NCBI GenBank assembly: GCA_043228905.1
Contig: JBHGNT010000013.1
Span: 16,058,001 to 16,122,000 of the forward strand
Direction of reading: 5' to 3'
DNA: 64,000 nt
Source: Azolla caroliniana
Lineage: Eukaryota > Plantae > Polypodiophyta
Both the position numbers and the translations under genes were made by a program. This document shows positions 13,821 through 24,970 of this stretch, piece by piece. The notes beneath the pieces were generated by a model that worked only from the letters and a program-made list of their open reading frames with translations, was not told the origin of the DNA and made no database searches. Position 1 is the first letter of the stretch. Each line of letters begins with the position of its first letter.

Positions 13821-16800
13821 TGTTGAACAACAGGGCTCGGCCACAACCGAGGAATAGAATCAACTCATAGAAAACAGGAAATACAAAAAAAAAATGCTCG
13901 AAGACAATAGAGAGAAGAGTACACAGGATGTTTTACGTGGAAAACCCTAAATGGGAAAAACCACGGGAGTCCTCAAACTCCTACTATCACTATGAACAGG
14001 GATGTACACTGGTGAAGCTACAAGGCAACAACCTTGAGCTCACTGTCTTCGCCACAGGCGGCGGTAATACACAGAGGCAACGACCTCTTCGTCTCTCTCT
14101 CTCTCTCTCTCTCGACTGCTCTCACTTCGCATAAAAACTGAGCAACAACAACAAACTGTTTGCCCTAAGTCATATTTATACACATATGACTTTCGGGCTA
14201 TTTACAAATATAGCCTCAAGGGCTCTTGGCAAACATATTCACAAATATGTCCCCGCATCCGGATCTCTCTCCGGGTACATTCGTCATCCGGCTCCGTAAC
14301 CGGGGTCTTCATCATCCGGATCCGTATCCGGGTACTCTTCATCCGGCTTCATGCCGGGTACTCTTCATCATCGGGTTCCGTAACCGCAACCGGGCTTGCC
14401 GTCATTCATCTCCGGACATCCCATCCGGAGGGACCGAAATCCCAACAAACTCCCCCTTCACTTCGGCATGGGATGTCTCTCCAATCCGACTCTCTTCCGA
14501 CACGCTCCCAGCTTGTCGGGTGTGAGCACTTTGGTCAGCATATCTGACCCGTTCTCTTCCGTGTGGATCTTCGTCAGCACGAACTCCTGGTCTTCTATCC
14601 TTTCCCGGATCCAGTGATATCTTCGCTGGATGTGCTTCGTCCGGGAGTGATAGGCCGCGTTCTTCGCAAGGTGGATGGCACTCTGACTGTCGCAGTAGAG
14701 TCGGTACTCCTCTTGCCGGATACCGAGCTCTCTAATGAAGTCCTTCATCCATATTATTTCCTTGCCGGCTTCAACAACTGCCATGTACTCCGCCTCCGTG
14801 GTTGACAACGCAACCGTCTTCTGCAGCCTCGACTGCCACGAAACAGCTCCCCCTGCATACGTCATCACATACCCTGATGTGGACCGGCTGGTATCTGCAT
14901 CAGCCGACATATCCGAATCAGTAAAGCCGTCGAGTTCGGGCTTACCGGAGCCGAATCGGAGGCACACGTTTGCCGTGCCCTTCAGGTATCGGAGTATCCA
15001 CTTGACCGCGTTCCAGTGCTCTTTGCCGGGATTGCTCATGTATCGGCTCACCACTCCAACTGCATATCCTATGTCCGGTCTTGTACACACCATTGCGTAC
15101 ATCAAGCTTCCAACGGCAGAGGCATATGGTACTTTCATCATGTCCTCCTTCTCAGCCTTTGTCTTGGGGCTTTGCTTGCTGGACAACTTGCAGTTTGCCG
15201 GGAGGGTTGACCCGACCGGTCTTGCTTCCGACATGTTGAACCGGTGAAGCACCTTTGTCACGTACTTCTCCTGTGACAGCCACAACTGCTTCTTCTTCCG
15301 GTCCCGGATGATGTGCATCCCTAGTATTTGCCTCGCCGGATCCAGGTCCTTCATTGAGAAGGTTTGGTGAAGCGCTTTCTTCAGTGTCCGTATCTTGACC
15401 TGGTCCCGTCCGACGATCAACATGTCGTCCACGTATAGGAGGAGTATTAGAGAGTCTCCTCCTTCGAACTTCTTCACAAACACGCAGTGATCGGACTGCG
15501 TTTTGTGGTACCCTTCGTCGGTCATGAAGGAGTCGAACTTCCGGTACCATTGCCGGGGAGCCTGCTTCAGTCCGTAAAGACTCTTCTTCAACCGGCATAC
15601 CAGGTGCTCCTTCCCTTTTTTCTCGAATCCTTCCGGTTGCTGCATGTAGATCTCTTCTTCGAGGTCACCGTGAAGGAATGCCGTCTTCACGTCCATCTGT
15701 TCTACCTCGAGGTCCATGCTTGCCGCTATGCTCAGCACCGTCCGGATGGAGGTCATCTTCACTACCGGGGCAAATATCTCGTCGAAATCGACGCCCTTCT
15801 TTTGCTGGAACCCCTTCACCACGATCCTGGCTTTGTATCTCGGGGGGTTTCCGGCATCTCCCGGTTTCAGCTTGAACACCCACTTGTTTCGTAGTGCCCG
15901 CTTTCCTTTTGGCAACTCCACAAGTTCATATGTGTGGTTCTCATGCAGGGAATCCATCTCGTCCTGCATGGCACTCAACCACCTGCGGCTCTGGGTGTCA
16001 TGCTTTGCTTCTTCAAAGCTCTCCGGCTCCCCCTCGTCGGTTAGCAGCACGTGCTCTGGTTCCGGAAATCTCCGGGGGGCCCTTCTCTCTCTTAGAGGAT
16101 ATCTCCGTTCCGGAGCTTCGGTAACCGGCTGCTCCGTTTCCTCTTCATCCGAATCCATTTCGGGATCGGGGCCGGTTCCGGTATCAGTTTCATCTTCCTC
16201 GGCCGGTTCTGTTTCTTCACCGTCTTCGGCCGGATCCTCGAGTGCTAACCGGTCCCTTGCCGGTCGGGACTGCTCCTCGTAGAGTTGATCCTCACCGGTC
16301 GACTTGGAGCTCTTCATCTTCTTCTCCGACTCCCAGTCGGCGAGTGTCTTGTCCTCCATGAAGATGATATCTCGACTCCTGAATATCTTCTTGTCGACCG
16401 GGTCCCATACTCGGTAGCCGAACTCGTCGTCGCCGTAACCGAGGAATATGCATGGCCGGGTCTTTGGATCTAACTTTCCTCTCCGGTCCTTTGCCACATG
16501 CACGTATGCGAGACACCCGAACACCTTCAGATGCCGGTAGGACACTTCCTTACCGGTCCACACTTTCTACGGCGTGTCTCCGTCCAAAGGTACTGAGGGT
16601 GATCTATTTATCACATACGTCGCCGTCGACATTGCCTCAGCCCAAAATCCCTTGGGTAATTTCGCATGCGCCAGCATACTCCGGACCCTCTCCATTATGG
16701 TCCGGTTCATCCTCTCGGCCAGCCCGTTCAGTTCCGGCGCCTTCGGCACAGTAAACTCGAGCCGGATTCCCTTCGAGCGACAGTACTCCTGGAACTGCCC

Positions 16801-19189
16801 CCGGTATTCCCCTCCGTTATCCGCTCGTATCGCTTTCAGCTTCTTGCCGGATTCCCTTTCCACTCTCGCGTGGAGTTCTTTGAAGACGGACAATACTTGG
16901 TCCTTTGTCTTCAACGGTGCCGTCCACAACTTCCGGCTATGGTCATCTATGAATGTTACGAAGTATTGGGCTCCGCCATGTGACTTCGTTTCTACCTGAC
17001 ACACATCAGTGTGCACCAACTCCAATGGTACACTACGTCTCGTCGGTGGCCTTGAGTGGAAGGAGGTCCGGTTTTGCTTACCGGCCAGGCAGTCGGTGCA
17101 CTTCTCCAGGTGCACATGCTTCACCGGAATAAGGTTGTCTTCTGCAAGCCTCTTCATCCCCTTCTCACTCATGTGGCACAGTCTCTTGTGCCACAGCTCA
17201 CCGGCAGTGTCGGCTGCCACGTTCAGCTCCTCCAGACATAGCCGGGAATTCATCAGGTACAGTGTGTTGACCTTCCGGGCCCGAGCCACTATCAGGCTCC
17301 CTTTGCTGAACTTCATGACACCGTTCCGGATGCTGCCCGTGTAGCCTTCATCGTCTAGCCTCCCGGCCGAAATCAGGTTCAATCGGACCTCCGGAACATG
17401 TCGCACATCCTTCAGCAGCATCTTACATCCGGTTGATGTCATCAGCCACACGTCTCCTATGCCGGTAATCTGGCATGTACCTTCATTTCCCATCCGGACA
17501 CAGCCGTGCTCACCGGCTGTGTAGGATGAGAAGTATTTCTTCTCCGGGGTCAGGTGGAACGACGCTCCGAAATCGACCACCCAGGTCATCTCTTCATCAG
17601 CAAGGTTCAACTCCCTCTCTTCGGTAATGAGCATTATCTCTTCTTCACTTGCCGCGAGTGCCGTCGTTCCTTTCCGGTCCTGCCCTCGCCGATCCGGACC
17701 TCTCCGGTCTGTGGCTCCTCGGTATGCACCGTTTCTCTCCGGTGACTTCTTCGAATCGGTGTCGTCGGCTCCGTTGTCCTTTCGGTAATGCCGACAATTC
17801 TTCCGGAAGTGCCCCGGCTTCCCACAGTGGAAGCATGTGGGTCTTCCTCTTGACTGCGACCGGGTACCCGACTTCTCCCGTCTTTGCGGACTCCGGTTCC
17901 ATTGTGTTCCCCGTTCCGATTCGGTAAGCAGCGCCTTCGAGTCGGAGGCCGGTTCTTTATCTCTCCGACGCGCTTCTTCGTTTAAGATGCTTGTCTTTAC
18001 CGTTTGTAGAGACAAGTTATCTTCGGTGCAGGAGGTGCTGAGAGTCACCACCAAGTTCTCCCAGCTTTCCGGCAATGTACACATCAGAATGATGGCTTGC
18101 ATTGCATCCTCCAACGGGAACTTGATCGCCGCAAGCTGGTTCACGAATCCCATGAACGTGCTTACGTGTTCCACCATGCTCTCGCCGTCCCGGTACTTGA
18201 GGTTCACTATCTTTCTCATCAGGGAGGTCCGGTTCAACGCATTCTTCCTCTCGTAGAGGCCCGACAGCTTCCGCCACATCTCATATGCGTTGGTGTCGTT
18301 CGCCACGTGTTGTAGAACGTTCACGTCGACGTATTGCCGAATGGTTGCAACGGCTTTCCGGTTCAGAAGCCTCCATTCCGTCTCAAGTACCCCCTTGGGT
18401 ATTTCCGACCTGTCGATCGGTTCATACAGGTCCCGAACAATGAGCAGATCCTCCATCTTTATCTTCCAGTCGGCGTAGTTCTGCGCATTCAGCACCATCA
18501 TCCCCGGCTGCCCGCTGCTGCCGCCTTCCATTTTCTGTGTTACCGTCGCTCTGATACCACTTTGTTGAACAACAGGGCTCGGCCACAACCGAGGAATAGA
18601 ATCAACTCATAGAAAACAGGAAATACAAAAAAAAAATGCTCGAAGACAATAGAGAGAAGAGTACACAGGATGTTTTACGTGGAAAACCCTAAATGGGAAA
18701 AACCACGGGAGTCCTCAAACTCCTACTATCACTATGAACAGGGATGTACACTGGTGAAGCTACAAGGCAACAACCTTGAGCTCACTGTCTTCGCCACAGG
18801 CGGCGGTAATACACAGAGGCAACGACCTCTTCGTCTCTCTCTCTCTCTCTCTCTCGGCTGCTCTCACTTCGCATAAAAACTGAGCAACAACAACAAACTG
18901 TTTGCCCTAAGTCATATTTATACACATATGACTTTCGGGCTATTTACAAATATAGCCTCAAGGGCTCTTGGCAAACATATTCACAAATATGTCCCCGCAT
19001 CCGGATCTCTCTCCGGGTACATTCGTCATCCGGCTCCGTAACCGGGGTCTTCATCATCCGGATCCGTATCCGGGTACTCTTCATCCGGCTTCATGCCGGG
19101 TACTCTTCATCATCCGGTTCCGTAACCGCAACCGGGCTTGCCGTCATTCATCTCCGGACATCCCATCCGGAGGGACCGAAATCCCAACA
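13821..19189 (-). mobile_element. Ty1/copia element C1 (Tnt1/Tork-like), full length, recently inserted
   Basis: 627-bp LTRs at 13821-14447 and 18563-19189 with about 2 differences. TSD ATCTC. Minus-strand PBS at 18548-18559. PPT at 14448-14456. Confidence 0.97.
14458..18531 (-). pseudogene. C1 gag-pol with a single in-frame stop
   Basis: ORFs 16567-18531 and 14458-16563 are in frame, separated by TAG (likely CAG>TAG). The protease motif reads DFGAS instead of DSGAS. Confidence 0.92.
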
Positions 19190-19620
19190 ATCTCTACTAC
19201 TCGTCCATGTGCGAAACTTGATTACAAGAAGTTGGGACCATTCCGTATCATCGAGTGCATCAATCCCGTCACCTTCCGGCTCACCCTTCCATCCCACTTC
19301 CGGATTCACGATGTTTTTCATGTCTCCCTCCTCGAACCCCATTATGTTTCACAACTCCCAAGACGTCAGGCCCCACCACCACCACCTGTGCAATTGACGA
19401 CAGGGGAGGAATACGAGGTCGACCAAATCCTTGACTCGCGTTGGCACCGTCGACACTTGCAATACCTCGTCCTATGGAGGGGTTACCCCATGTCTGAGGC
19501 CACATGGGAACCATCGGCAAATTTACAAAATGCCCCAGAGGTCGTCCAAGATTTTCATCACCGATATCCCCACAAACCAGCGGCCGATTTGGGAAGGCGG
19601 CGGCGTAAGAGGGGGGATAA

Positions 19621-19973
19621 TGTCAAGATTCGAACTCTTGACACGACCATGTTATAATCTACTATTATGAGTTAACCAAGATATCTAGTACTAGTTATGT
19701 ATGTAATTGGTCCTTATTATTTTGCTAGCATCATGTGCATAGTTGCTCCCTTGTAGTATTTACACTTGGCACATGCATGCATACCTACATGCTCTATTGT
19801 AGATTCACATGCGTGCAACAAGTATGCATGCCATGTAGTATAAATAGAGGAGTTCACCTTGAAGGAATTCAAGGTGAACAACACCAGTTATGGAGTCTTT
19901 CCTTTAGTACTATCTTCTTTCTTGTCCATTTGGTTATCTTCTTCGTTGTCTCTTGAGTTTATGATCTGTGACA
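19621..19973 (+). repeat. Chromovirus 3' LTR (353 bp)
   Basis: Direct repeat of 3889-4243 with roughly 15 differences. Confidence 0.95.
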
Positions 19974-21266
19974 TGCGGCGATGGACCCGACACGGGGATC
20001 CTACTCACGCACACAGACAGAACACACTGAAACCCTAAAGAAAAGAAGCGTAGAAGGGAGAGCCTCTACTGGCAGCGCACGGGCTACCTGTTGGGAATAC
20101 ACGCTTCGTAAGGACAACACTCGGCCACAACCGAGCCTAGGATCAAACACAGAAAACAAATATTGAACGCACGACACAAAGGAGAGAGAGTACACAAGAT
20201 GTTTAACGTGGAAAACCCTGAGAGGGAAAAACCACAGGAGTCTGCAGACTCCAACTATCACTATATCACAATGATTACAACAATGAGTTCACAGAGGCAA
20301 CGACCTCGTGCTCACGATCTTCGCCACAGGCGGCGGTTACAATAGAGGCAACGACCTCTTCCTCTCTCTCTCTCTCTCTCTGGACACTGTTACACGCTCT
20401 CTAATCTTGCGCCAAGAAGAATGACAACAACTACACACACACAATTTGCCCTAAGTCATATTTATACTAATATGACTTTTCGGCTATTTACAAATATAGG
20501 CCCGATGGCCTCTCAGGAAACATATTTACGAATATGTCCCTTCATCCGGTGATCACTCTTCACCGGGCCTGCATCATCCGACGCTTGCCGGGCACTCATC
20601 ATCCGGTTCTCACCGGGTCATCCTTTGCCGAGTACTCCTCATCTGGTTCTCACCGGGTCTTCATCATCCGGTTCTCACCGGGTCATCCGTAGCCGGGTAC
20701 TCCTCATCCGGTTCTCATCGGGTCTTCATCATCCGGTTCTCACCGGGTCATCCGTAGTTGGGTACTCCTCGTCCAGTTCTCATCGGGTCTTTCGTAGCCG
20801 GGTACTCCTCATCCGGTTTCGGCCTCGGCCGAGTTTGCTCATTAGCACTGTTCTTCTCACTTCCCATCCGGAGGGACCTGTCTCCCAACACTACCCACGA
20901 AGCAGAGGCATCGAACTCCCAGCACCCACAGAGAATGACGATCAGAGGAGGAGAGAGAGCTCGGCACTCGGTCCTGCAACCCTTCGTCCTCCCTAACACG
21001 CGATCCCTTTTCTTCCTTCTCTCCCTCCTTAAAATCGTTCGCCAAAGGGGGTGCCCCTTTCTTCCAAGTCAAAACTGCTTTATTCCATGTCCCTTTCGAC
21101 AGAGATACGCACAAATCGCCTAATAAATGTGTTCTACCTAGTATTTACATCAGCCGACCTAATTACGAATTATGTACAAAATATCAATTCTCGCGTCCAC
21201 CCGTGTAAGAGCCGGTTCATGCGCCTTTTTCTCCGATTCCGCCCATGGCCGGTTTTCTTCACGACA
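19974..21266 (-). mobile_element. Truncated gypsy-type LTR fragment K
   Basis: Ends ...CACGACA at 21266 followed by ACGT, the same terminus and flank as the G elements. No coding signature. Hosts a solo LTR. Confidence 0.55.
20089..20890 (-). mobile_element. Solo LTR, C/D/E copia group (802 bp)
   Basis: TGTTGGGA...TCCCAACA ends, TSD CTACC on both sides, similar to the D and C1 LTRs, tandem CATCCGG repeats in U3. Confidence 0.93.
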
Positions 21267-24200
21267 ACGTAGGGTCATATTAGTAAATATGTTCAGATGC
21301 GCCTGTTTGAGGCCATATTTGTAAATATGTTCGGATGCGCCTGTTTGAGGCCATATTTGTAAACAATCCTAAAGTTATATAAGTATAAATATAACTAGGG
21401 CAAAACTTATTATGTGTGTAGAATTGTTAGTCAGTAGTTACTTAGTTTTTTACAGAGCATGAAACTGAGAGAGATACAACAAGTTGTATCTGTGGTAACC
21501 GCTTGTGTGCAAAGATATAGAGTTGGAGGTCATTGCCTCTCAGTCTATTATTGTATCCTTCCTCCCTCCCATAGAGATCCTGTTCGGAGTTAGCGAACTC
21601 CCGTAATTTTGCCTCTCGAGGTTCTCCACATTAACACATTGTGTCATCTCATTTCTGTGTAAGTGCATTAATCTCTTTTTCTGTTCTGTTCTGTTTCTTC
21701 CATAGTGAGTTTGGATCTTGGTTATGGCTGAGAACGATTCCTCTCAAACTGGTATCAGAGTGAAGTTGTAAACCTCAAAGAAAATGGAAGACTCATTCGG
21801 AGGCATGTTCAAGCTCACCGCTCAAACTACTCAATTTGGAAGTCGAAGATGAGGGACATTGTGAATGTTAATGTGCGGAAGTGTCAGATAGAACCGACTT
21901 AGCTGGATAGCAGCAGAAAATGAGATGGAAGTTTTAATGGAGAAGCTTAACACGGAGAGTATATACGGGAGAGACAAAGAGAGCAGAACATAAACTCTAT
22001 TCACAAAATAACTCTCGAACTCTATACACACAATGTGCTAAACAACACTATTTATACAAGTCCATAAAGGACTGACAGGTACTTCAATACTCATATGTGC
22101 GATTGACACTAACTACGAGACAATGATTACCTAGTAGTCTAGGCTACTACTAGGTTTCCGGTTCCCTCTTGAATCTAGTTCTCTGATCCGTCTCCCCGAT
22201 CCGCTCGGTTGTTTCCGGATATCATCCGGATACCGATCTGGTTCATCCTTTCGGATGCCAATCCGGCTCAAGCTTATTCAGTCGATCCGGATCCGGTTGA
22301 GCTTTCTCATTCAACACTCCCCTTCAAGCTCAATTTGAGGTCGGATCGTGGTGTTAGTGTCCGCGGTAGCCAATTCTTCTACACGGCTCCTTCTGGCGTT
22401 GCTCCGCCTTGCTTGTGCTCCTCATCCGGTCTGGCCCTGTTTGCCGCGACCCTTCTGGTTCTGCGCACTTTGACCTCCTCAGTCGGCTTGTCTACTCAAC
22501 AAGCCCATTTCAGCTCCCTCACTGTTGCGACTCCGACGCTTGTGGACCCACCGGTTCCTTCGTGTTGGCGTAGACTTCCGTTGCGTCCGTGTCCGTTTGG
22601 CCTTTAGTTGATCCGGCTTCTCCGAATCTTGAACCGAATCGATTTCCTTCGATTCATTCCAACTCTTGTCCGAGTCAGTGTTCTCCAACTTGTCTTCAGG
22701 TTTCAATCCCTTCACCACATCGGACCACGTCCGGGTCTTGGCCTTTTTCTTTCAGTCGGCTCTGTCCTTCTTGACTCTACCGCCGCTGCCACTTGTTCTG
22801 ACTTGTTCGGATGTGCCGACTTCCTTAGTCGACTCGGCTTCCTTTTTCCTCTTGTCTCCCCCTTTGTTGGTTCTTTCTTCCTCTCCGACTCCTTGTCTGG
22901 TGCCCTCCGTTCCCTTTCCTTTTCTCCCCCTCAAGTGTGGCACGTCGAGATGCTGAACACCAAGCATTTCGGTGAAGTGCTGCAACTTGTCCGATACGAG
23001 CGGTTTGGTGAAGATGTCGGCAACCTGCCGATTCGTCTGAACATACCAAAGTTCGACTTCACCGCTCAAGACCCGCTCACGTACAAAGTGATAGTGCAGT
23101 TCTATGTGTTTCGTCCGAGCATGGAATACAAGGTTCTTGGCAAGCTGAATGTTGCTCATGTTGTCACAATAGATCAAGATCGGGGTCGGTACCCCACAGG
23201 TGGCATTGGTAGTGCCCTGGTATTCAACCTCAGTGCTCGACAGAGCCACTGTTAGCTGCTTTTTGTTGCTCCATGCAACAGCCACGCTACCTAGAGAAAA
23301 CATGTAATCGGAGGTGGATCGGCGATCCGATGCATCACCAGCCCAGTCAACATTTGTATATCCGACTAGCTCTTCGGTTATACCATGCTGGTATAACAGT
23401 CCCCGGTCCTTCGTGTCGCTCACATACCGGAGTATCTGGTGTGCGCACTGAAGGTGCTCGACGGTCAGCTTCTGCATGAACTAGCAGATCACTCCGACCG
23501 AGTAACTCAGGTCGGGTCGAGTGATTGTCAGGTATATGAGGCTTCCGACGATTTGTCAGAATCGTTTCTCATCGCACGTTGGTCCGGAGTTGGGACAGAG
23601 CTTCTGGTTCCGGTCCAGGGGTGTGGAGACAGGTCGGCATTCCGTCATGCCAAACTTGTACAACATATTCAACACATAGTGTTGTTGTGAGAGCAACATG
23701 CCGTTGGGGGTTTGGATTACCTCGATCCCAAGAAAATAATGAAGGTCCCCCAGGTCCTTCATTGCAAATGTGTTCGACAACTAGGACTTGACTCGACGAC
23801 CGATTTCATTGAGTCCGGATCTGGTGATGACTAAATCATCAACATAAAGTAAGATGCAAACTGGACCGTCCAGACCTTGCCGGATGAACAACAACGAGTC
23901 TAATTTAGAGGTCACAAACCCCATCTTACGCAACCGGTGCGTGATCTTCGCATTCCAAGCTCGAGGGTCTTGTTTTAGACCGTAAAGCGACTTCTTAAGC
24001 CGGCACACCGCCGACTTGTTCATCTCCGACCAAAAGCCGGGAGGTTGGATCATATAGACCCGTTCTTCAAGGTCACCTTGAAGAAACACATTCCTCATGT
24101 CCATCTGGTGAAGATGCCACCCCCTTGCTGCAGCAACTGCCAGTACCACACGAACCATCGTCATCTTCGCTACCGGGGCGAAGGTCTTGTAATTGATTCT

Positions 24201-24546
24201 GTGGGTCTGTGCGTATCCCTTCGCCACTAACCGGGCTTTGTACCAGTTAACTGAACCGTCGGCATTGTACTTTATCTTCTACACCCATTTGCAACCGATT
24301 GGTTTACAGTGTCGGGGAGGGTCAACAACGTCCCATGTGTCGTTGGCATCTAGTGCCCACATTTCTTCCTCCATAGCGGCACGCCAATTTGCATCCTTTG
24401 CCTCTTCTACGTAGCTCTCCAACTCACGCACTTCCGCCACCTTGGTCATGTACGCATAGTGATGCGTCATGTACTCATTGTACCCATACCGTGTAACAGG
24501 GTTCTTTTGGCGAGAAGACTGGCGTAACTTGCCATCACCCGGTTTG

Positions 24547-24970
24547 TGTCGTGACTTGAGAATAGGAGAGAGAAAAATAAGATGACAATAGAAGGTAGAG
24601 GGGGGGGGGGGGGGGGGGGGGGGGGGAAGAGAGAGAGAGAGAGAGAAAGAAAGAACACTAGAAATGGAAAGAGAGTTTATATTATAAGAGAGCAAGGATT
24701 ACAAAGAGTAGGCTAAGGGGCTACAAACTGGTGTTGAACCGAATGAGTTGTGATGAATGAATAGACACCTATTTATAGGTCCTTATGGAGTATTCTAGAA
24801 TGTTCTAGAATATTTTAGATATTTATGATATTTAATATAAAAATAACTAATAATACATTTATCATAACTATACATCATATATGTTAGTATAATGGTTAAA
24901 GGTCTAACATATAGACCAAGACGTCTTGGGCTTGAATCCTTGTAAGGACAAAATGTATGTCGTCATGACA
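24547..24970 (-). mobile_element. Solo LTR, gypsy-like (424 bp)
   Basis: TGTCGTGAC...GTCATGACA ends, TSD GTTTG, minus-strand TATAAAT near 24770, G27 run and (GA)n tract. Confidence 0.92.
24885..24940 (+). promoter_or_regulatory. tRNA-like Pol III A/B-box module, antisense within the LTR U3
   Basis: A-box-like TAGTATAATGG, stem GGTCTA/TAGACC, and B-box-like GGCTTGAATCC at tRNA-like spacing (about 45 nt). Confidence 0.6.

Larger units (their letters stand above)
10702..19620 (+). pseudogene. pol: Chromovirus pol (PR-RT-RNase H-integrase-chromodomain), split by C1 at 13821-19189
   Basis: LLDSGAS protease near 10852, RT YLDD, RNase H TDASD, integrase SDRGPQF and GPF motif, chromodomain EYEVDQILD...YLVLWRGY...TWEP (about 19410-19530). 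In-frame stops near 10823 and 13276. Confidence 0.93.
3889..19973 (+). mobile_element. Ty3/gypsy chromovirus (Tf1/sushi/Tcn1-like), interrupted by two copia insertions
   Basis: LTRs TGTCAAGA...TGTGACA at 3889-4243 and 19621-19973. PPT AAGAGGGGGGATAA precedes 19621. Domain order gag-PR-RT-RH-INT-chromodomain. Confidence 0.95.

Noticed and set aside
16561-16570. Programmed readthrough at the C1 internal TAG
   Set aside because: The stop lies inside integrase and paralogue D has CAG at this codon, so it is a simple C>T mutation.
14563-18612. Many long antisense or alternate-frame ORFs over C1, D, E and B elements
   Set aside because: These are shadow ORFs of GC-rich pol sequence with no recognisable domains. 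They recur only because the elements are paralogous.
24279-24695. Polyproline-containing ORF
   Set aside because: An artefact of the G27/(GA)n tract of a solo LTR fused to copia pol sequence.
24885-24940. Functional tRNA genes at the A/B-box modules
   Set aside because: No convincing acceptor stem or canonical anticodon loop is present. They are reported as tRNA-derived regulatory modules instead.
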